Below are positions 8,353 through 13,321 of a stretch of 13,321 nucleotides of DNA, piece by piece. Numbering within the stretch: the first letter of the stretch is position 1; each line of letters begins with the position of its first letter. Below the pieces are notes generated by a model that was not told the DNA's origin, did not search any database, and worked only from the letters and a program-made list of their open reading frames with translations. Both the position numbers and the translations under genes were made by a program. The stretch is from Candidatus Poribacteria bacterium (GTDB lineage Bacteria > Poribacteria > WGA-4E > UBA9662): positions 1 to 13,321 of the forward strand of contig JAYZAL010000097.1 in NCBI GenBank assembly GCA_036339735.1, in the 5' to 3' direction.

Positions 8353-9234
8353 AAAATTCTCTCAGCAGACTTATGATTAAATCGAATTGAGCACCAATTT
8401 ACACCAACGAACATATTATCTGATGAATGCCGTACGTACTGGTGATTATCAAGTTGAATAAGGTAGTAGTTCAGTGGGACAAATTCATACGCCAAAAACA
8501 TTACAGATCCTACATCAGGATTGGACTCCTGTCAAAGTATCCAAAAAAGTCAGGCACTTAGGGAAATTCTAACCGGCTACTCCTTAGCTCACCTATCAAG
8601 AATAATGGACTTCGAGCTCGACGATTACCTTGGTTATAGGTCAAAATTATTTGTCGACGATCCGAGCTATGATACGACTCAACATTTATTTAATTTCTAT
8701 AGGAGATTACGTTAGAATCCTGAAGCATTGATCTGTCATTTTTTCGACTAGCCAAATTTGGATCCTAAATGCGGATGTCTATGGCTCTTTGCTCATATAG
8801 ATGTAATTTTTTGCAAAAGCAAGATAGTTCTCAAGGTGCCTTCCTAAAGTTTACTGAAGGTAGAAGATAAGACCAAAATCTTCAATTAATAAACGTATTT
8901 GATAAATGTTGCAGTAAACAGACAACAGGATGACAGTGACAAGTCGGGGATATACAAATGAATTCGATTCCTCATGTAACGTCAAAGCAACGAAATATAT
9001 GATAGACGAGTAAAATCAATATGCAAATTTCACATGGTGAGGTAAGTGGCCTATTGATTAGAGCGGTGGAAAGGAGTATGGTTTCTGGTAACCGATAAAT
9101 AAAATCGGGAGTATTAATGGGAGGAGTAGAAAGTAGGATAAAGATCAAGACGGAACACCTAAGATAAGCAAACCAGTTCCCACACTGGACAATGCCGGTA
9201 ACACTAATTGTCCTTAGAAGCAGCCGCTTGGAAT

Positions 9235-9276
9235 AAAAAAGAAAGGTGCTTAGAAAATCAGGGAACTAAGCACCTT
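9235..9276 (-). terminator. Rho-independent terminator-like hairpin (minus strand)
   Basis: Perfect 11-bp stem AAGGTGCTTAG (9243-9253) / CTAAGCACCTT (9266-9276) with a 12-nt loop, followed on the minus strand by TCTTTTTT. Confidence 0.6.
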
Positions 9277-9285
9277 CTCATCTCA

Positions 9286-9396
9286 AGGACCTCCCTCTGG
9301 ATCAGAGAAGGAGGTCCTAAAATGTATAGTTTGGGTTCGATCGATTCAAATTTATTGACTGATTCCTGAATTCTTAGTCAATAAACATTCTTTTTT
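9286..9396 (+). other. Cluster of consecutive inverted repeats, possibly a structured RNA or a small-ORF unit
   Basis: AGGACCTCC-CTCTG/CAGAG-AA-GGAGGTCCT (9286-9318); a G-U-containing stem at 9330-9350; perfect 10-bp TTTATTGACT/AGTCAATAAA (9351-9385) followed by CATTCTTTTTT. Confidence 0.4.
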
Positions 9397-9847
9397 CAAA
9401 TTGTATTAGATTCGGGCACAGTGCTTTGGCCAAGTGCTCTGAGTTGGAGATCGGAAGTAACATCACCTAGTTTAAAAACCGGTATCACTTGATTATAGAC
9501 CAATCTACAAAAAGTATTATCTACACTGATGATATGAGATAAATAATGGATTCGGGAAGCGATATAAGAGCAGATTTTCTTGAATACAGTTTGTCATTTC
9601 GAGGTGCTAATTTCCTAGCAGCAGCAAGGATTAGAAAATTGAATTATGTCTTTAAGCGATCAAAAAGAAGTGAAATCTATGAAAGCAACAAAGAATGGAG
9701 AAAGCAAGAACTATCGAAGGTACCAAATAGAACAGGTTGATGGCATTAATTGATATCACTTCCAGATTATAATTTCTCAATCGGCTGATTTGCTGTATAT
9801 ACGATATAGTTCCCATCGGGTTGATCCAGATGTATATTTGTCATATG

Positions 9848-11218
9848 CTAACCAAGGACCGACTGCCGTCTAACTTGGTCAGCTTTAGCTTGCCTATCGA
9901 CCTCTTCCGGGTTGCAGATCAGGCGTAACTCGGCCACCATTTTCGATACTAAATTAGACCTCGATGCCAAATTATAGCTTTCTGTTGGGTCAGTTCTGAG
10001 ATCAAACAGTTGGGGCGAATGACCAACGTAGTAACACAATTTATGAAACCCCTTTTTTAGCATAAATCCAGCATTTAACATCCCCATATGATGGTACTCG
10101 GCAAAGACTGGTCGGTCAATTCGGTTGTCTTCGTTTCGTGCAATGTTTAGCAGACTACAGCCAGGCAAATCAGCTGATTCTTCTGCTAAATCCAATAGAG
10201 TTGGTAAAATATCTAGCAGAGAGACGTTTTGTGAAACTCGACCAGTCTCAGAATAATTGGCAGGTAACCGTAACATCAATGGTACCTGAACTGAAGGTTG
10301 ATAAAAGCACTGCTTCTGCCAAATCCCTTGATGTCCTGCCATCTCCCCGTGATCACTAGTGTAAATGATGACTGTATTATCAGCTAAAGGTGAACTATCG
10401 ATAGCATTTACAATTCGACCAATTTGGGAGTCTAGTGCAGAAACCAAAGCATAGTAGCTAGCTAGTGCTAAGCGAACAATAGACTCGGGTGGAGGAGATT
10501 CATTTCGCCAAGCCCAACGCAAGTGCTGGATGACTGGATGCTGGCAATTCAGTGGACGATTCCACGTAGATGGCAATTCTAATTTGTTTGGGTCATAACC
10601 AGACAAGAATTCAGCTGGCGCAATCAATGGAAAGTGAGGACGCATATATCCACAATAGAGTAGGAAAGGTTGCTTACTGGCATTAGTGGATTCTTGATTC
10701 AAAAAATCGAGGGCTAATTCAGTTACCTGTCTGTCATAGTTGGTATGAATGTGGAGGCCAGAACCACATTCGGTTACATGAGAGTTAGAACTACGTCTTT
10801 CATTGGGTCTTCGTGTCGGCGGACGCCCGCTAGATTTATTCCATTTTGGCAAATCATCGAGTAATCGGTCGCTGAACCCCATTAAACGGTCGCTACCGTT
10901 GAAATGTGTACGGCCACATAAGACCGTCCGATAACCAGATCGACCCAGGTAGTGGCCCCACGTCTTATGTCGGTGTTGATCGGCAATTACTCCCAAATCC
11001 CAAGCATTGATCTGGTGTGGGTAACGACCTGTCAACATTGACAACCGAGAAGGTGTACAAAGTGGGCTGTTGCAGTAGGCGTTTTCGAATGTGTAGCTTT
11101 TTTCGGCTAATCGATCCAAATTGGGGGTTTGGACGACTGAATGACCAGAATTCCCCATGACCGAGGCTCCATGTTCATCAGAAAAAAGAAATACGATATT
11201 CATCCTCTGTGCTTTCAT
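9848..11218 (-). CDS. Formylglycine-dependent (S1) sulfatase, choline-sulfatase-like, cytoplasmic
   Basis: 456 aa with NIVFLFSDEH, TPNLDRLA, signature C54-TPSR-LSMLTGRYPH, PHFP, IYTSDHGEMAG.QGIWQK and QLFDL.TDP.E..NL. No signal peptide. The start could instead be Met6. Confidence 0.93.
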   Translation of the reverse strand: MKAQRMNIVFLFSDEHGASVMGNSGHSVVQTPNLDRLAEKSYTFENAYCNSPLCTPSRLSMLTGRYPHQINAWDLGVIADQHRHKTWGHYLGRSGYRTVLCGRTHFNGSDRLMGFSDRLLDDLPKWNKSSGRPPTRRPNERRSSNSHVTECGSGLHIHTNYDRQVTELALDFLNQESTNASKQPFLLYCGYMRPHFPLIAPAEFLSGYDPNKLELPSTWNRPLNCQHPVIQHLRWAWRNESPPPESIVRLALASYYALVSALDSQIGRIVNAIDSSPLADNTVIIYTSDHGEMAGHQGIWQKQCFYQPSVQVPLMLRLPANYSETGRVSQNVSLLDILPTLLDLAEESADLPGCSLLNIARNEDNRIDRPVFAEYHHMGMLNAGFMLKKGFHKLCYYVGHSPQLFDLRTDPTESYNLASRSNLVSKMVAELRLICNPEEVDRQAKADQVRRQSVLG

Positions 11219-11609
11219 TTTGACATGCTAATTCTTTAGTTATATAGGAAGGGTTTTTAATTCCAAAAATAATAGTCCACTTCCCAGCTTTTTTTCTATG
11301 ATGTCATTTGGCTTCTACTTGGAGTCTAAAATTACTTTTCTTCCTGAACATAATGACATCAGGTCGTTTTAAATCAATTTTAGATTAATGATCCTGTGAA
11401 TTAATCAGACTCTAATACGATAGAACAAACGAATTCTCAATCCGATTAGTCTGTACGATACGAGAAAACAAATAGACAGAAAATATCGGATCGCTCTGAA
11501 TTCCGGATCCTAATTTGTTAGCTGAAGACTGGTTCAGGTTTCTATTACCTTCACTTTCCCGTATTAAGCATATATCTTTGACAGGTCAAGCAGATAAAGG
11601 AAAAAACAA

Positions 11610-12587
11610 TTATTCACTAAAGTCTTCTTCACTCGATTCGTTAACCTCGACTGTCAAATGAACCAGTCTAGGATCAGGTGAGATCAATTTTTTATAATAT
11701 TCTGGCTTTTTGGCAGAACGCGCCAATACCGAGATAATAGCGCTATATATGTTTGGGCCTATCGACCATAAATGAAGATCGATAATTTTGCAATCATTGA
11801 CCTCAATACATTGTCTGATTTTCATTTCTAGTGATTTGGGTTCTTGCTTGTCAAGTAAGACTGCACTGGTTGAATTCAATAAGCTTAAAGACCAACGTGA
11901 AACCAAAATGGCTCCTACTACACCCATCAGTGGATCCATCCAAACTAGGCCAATATATTTGGCAATGAATAGAGCAACTATTGCTAATAGTGAAGTCAGT
12001 GCATCTGCTAAAACATGGAGATACGCAGCTCGAAGATTATGATCGTGGTGGTCATGGTGGTCATGGTGGTCGTGGTGGTCGTGGTGGTCGTGGTGGTCGT
12101 GGTGGTCGTGGTGGTCATGGTGGTCATGGCCCAAGATAAATACCGATGCGCCATTGATAATTAAACCAAGGATTGCCACCATAATTGCTTGGTTGTATGC
12201 AATTTCAACAGGATTTATGAACCGTTCCACACTTTCCCAGACCATTATTAAAGCAAAAATGGCTAATAGTAATGCTCCAGCAAATCCACCTAACGCATTG
12301 ACTTTTCCTGTACCAAAACTGTACCTAGTATCGTGAGCATGGCGACGCGCGTAAATGTAAGCAAAAGCGTTAATTGCTAGAGCTATGGCATGAGAAGCCA
12401 TGTGTAACCCATCAGCTAATAGAGCCATTGATCCAAAAACAAGACCTGTTGTAATTTCGATTATCATCATAGAGGTCGTAATAATAATTACGATAATCGT
12501 GCGAAGTTCACCTGCTCTCTTCTGGTCTTGACCAAAAACATGATCATGTGTCAAATTTTGTAAATTAGCATCAGTCTTTTCTGGCAT
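11610..12587 (-). CDS. dmeF: CDF-family Co(II)/Ni(II)(/Zn) efflux transporter, DmeF-type
   Basis: 325 aa with six TM segments, GSMALLADGLHMASH (TM2 HxxxH), YSFGTGKV, a His-rich TM4-TM5 loop, HNLRAAYLHVLADALTS (TM5 HxxxD), WMDP, and C-terminal DLHLWSIG...HLTVEV. Confidence 0.9.
   Translation of the reverse strand: MPEKTDANLQNLTHDHVFGQDQKRAGELRTIIVIIITTSMMIIEITTGLVFGSMALLADGLHMASHAIALAINAFAYIYARRHAHDTRYSFGTGKVNALGGFAGALLLAIFALIMVWESVERFINPVEIAYNQAIMVAILGLIINGASVFILGHDHHDHHDHHDHHDHHDHHDHHDHHDHHDHNLRAAYLHVLADALTSLLAIVALFIAKYIGLVWMDPLMGVVGAILVSRWSLSLLNSTSAVLLDKQEPKSLEMKIRQCIEVNDCKIIDLHLWSIGPNIYSAIISVLARSAKKPEYYKKLISPDPRLVHLTVEVNESSEEDFSE
12039..12128 (-). repeat. 9-bp tandem repeat (CAYGACCAC x10) encoding (His-Asp-His)10
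   Basis: 90 nt, 30 codons, 20 His and 10 Asp. Units differ only at synonymous positions (last unit is CACGATCAT). Confidence 0.95.
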
Positions 12588-12622
12588 ATAAGTTAGCTCA
12601 CTACTCTTAATTATTTAGATAA

Positions 12623-12658
12623 GATTTACATTGTATAACGTAAATCATCATAAGTCAT
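12623..12658 (-). promoter_or_regulatory. Putative sigma70 promoter of dmeF overlapped by a palindromic operator
   Basis: Minus strand ATGACT (12658-12653), 17 nt spacer, TACAAT (12635-12630). The inverted repeat GATTTAC-N10-GTAAATC (12623-12646) straddles the -10 box, about 35 nt upstream of the ATG at 12587. Confidence 0.5.
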
Positions 12659-12882
12659 TCCATAAATATTTTTACTATTACAATGAGGACATCGGCATGA
12701 AAAATCAGCACAAAGTGGAAAATAACCTATTCCTATGATCGATTCTAAAAATAGAATGGTAAAAGATTTGAGCTAGGGACCTGTAGCTAATTAATTTTCG
12801 GGGGAACAACCTCTAAGTAATGAGCATAATTAATAGGAGGGCTTCGGTCTTGATTGGATAATAGGTATGAGAAGACGAAAGG

Positions 12883-12946
12883 GAGCGCACCACCTGAGAT
12901 AAGTATGGTAGCTACGATAGTATAATAATGATAGGGTGATGCGCTC
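12883..12946. repeat. GC-rich imperfect inverted repeat
   Basis: GAGCGCACCACC (12883-12894) / GGTGATGCGCTC (12935-12946), 11 of 12 matches, 40-nt loop. The mismatch is a U-G pair on the minus strand. Confidence 0.55.
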
Positions 12947-13126
12947 TTTCAAGGAGTAATGAGACTCGATGCTACGTCGTAAAAGTAGTGTCTAGATCGA
13001 TACATGTCAAGAAAAGATGTGTTGTACATTGAGAATATCATTTGGGGCAGTAAATAGGAGATTACGTACTATAAAACATAATATTTCGATTTTGTGTTGT
13101 TTTAGGAATTGGTTCCCAATAAGTTC

Positions 13127-13163
13127 AACCAGATTTACTTCTGTGTCTGCAGTAAATCTGGTT
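13127..13163. repeat. Perfect 13-bp inverted repeat
   Basis: AACCAGATTTACT (13127-13139), 11 nt spacer, AGTAAATCTGGTT (13151-13163). Confidence 0.7.
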
Positions 13164-13321
13164 AAAAAAGAAGTGACTGAGATGCTCGTGATTGTTCAGA
13201 AGTGGCTTAGTTTATTTGATCAAGATGGAGAGTTGGTGAAAGATTGTTTAAACAAAAATATTCGGGCGGATAAGAGTTTTGAATAATACGGGGATTTATG
13301 GCTTGTGTTGAGAGTAATTTT

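Noticed and set aside
8423-8639. Possible PhyH pseudogene remnant: plus-strand LHQDW (8510-8524) followed after a frameshift by KNNGLR at roughly PhyH spacing
   Set aside because: Only two short motifs, needing a frameshift and flanked by stops, with no PGSH or distal His. Compatible with chance; blastx would settle it.
8521-8715. 64-aa ORF with ELDDYLGY, reminiscent of the IS256 transposase N-terminus
   Set aside because: TTG start without RBS, no further transposase similarity, and no terminal inverted repeats or target duplication seen.
9243-9276. AGGTGC...AGGGAA resembling the 5' part of a cobalamin riboswitch
   Set aside because: The remaining core elements, including the B12 box, are absent. 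The segment is better explained as a terminator hairpin.
9330-9350. GGTTCGA T-loop-like motif suggesting a tRNA or tmRNA
   Set aside because: No T-stem, acceptor stem or cloverleaf around it.
9546-9740. 64-aa plus-strand ORF
   Set aside because: No recognisable domain or clear RBS. It cannot be supported from sequence alone.
9848-11218. Naming the sulfatase betC
   Set aside because: Similar family, but it has G-R-T-H instead of G-K-M-H, appears shorter at the C-terminus and has no bet genes nearby.
12039-12128. Repeat array as a CRISPR
   Set aside because: Contiguous 9-bp units without spacers, in frame within a CDS.
10138-12336. Plus-strand ORFs 10138-10359, 11788-12042 and 12154-12336
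   Set aside because: Antisense shadows of the sulfatase and dmeF.
13017-13286. 89-aa plus-strand ORF
   Set aside because: No recognisable domain, not RcnR/CsoR-like, and it contains a strong internal inverted repeat. Unsupported.
12588-13321. NiCo (czcD) riboswitch upstream of the CDF gene
   Set aside because: I could not find the four-way junction or its conserved G-rich junction residues by eye. An Rfam cmscan would be decisive.

Overview
Low-GC (roughly 40% by eye) bacterial window with every credible gene on the minus strand. In transcription order: a DmeF-type cation diffusion facilitator with a (HDH)x10 His-rich tandem repeat (11610-12587); a cytoplasmic choline-sulfatase-like formylglycine sulfatase (9848-11218); a ~1.5 kb non-coding gap containing a dense cluster of hairpins (about 9173-9396); a five-gene Dpp/Opp-type ABC importer (2130-8352) whose binding protein resembles rhizobial alpha-galactoside-binding AgpA/MelB rather than peptide-binding proteins; and two tandem PhyH-family Fe(II)/2-oxoglutarate oxygenases (985-1788 and <1-793). 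The second oxygenase is missing from the ORF track because it runs off the window edge. It carries H-x-G in place of the H-x-D iron-binding motif, the signature of Fe/2OG halogenases, while its neighbour keeps canonical H-x-D. Best working hypothesis (inference): uptake and intracellular processing of a sulfated or otherwise modified glycoside, including a non-canonical oxygenase or halogenase. No tRNA, rRNA, CRISPR array or intact mobile element was seen. All similarities were judged by eye and from memory; no searches were run.
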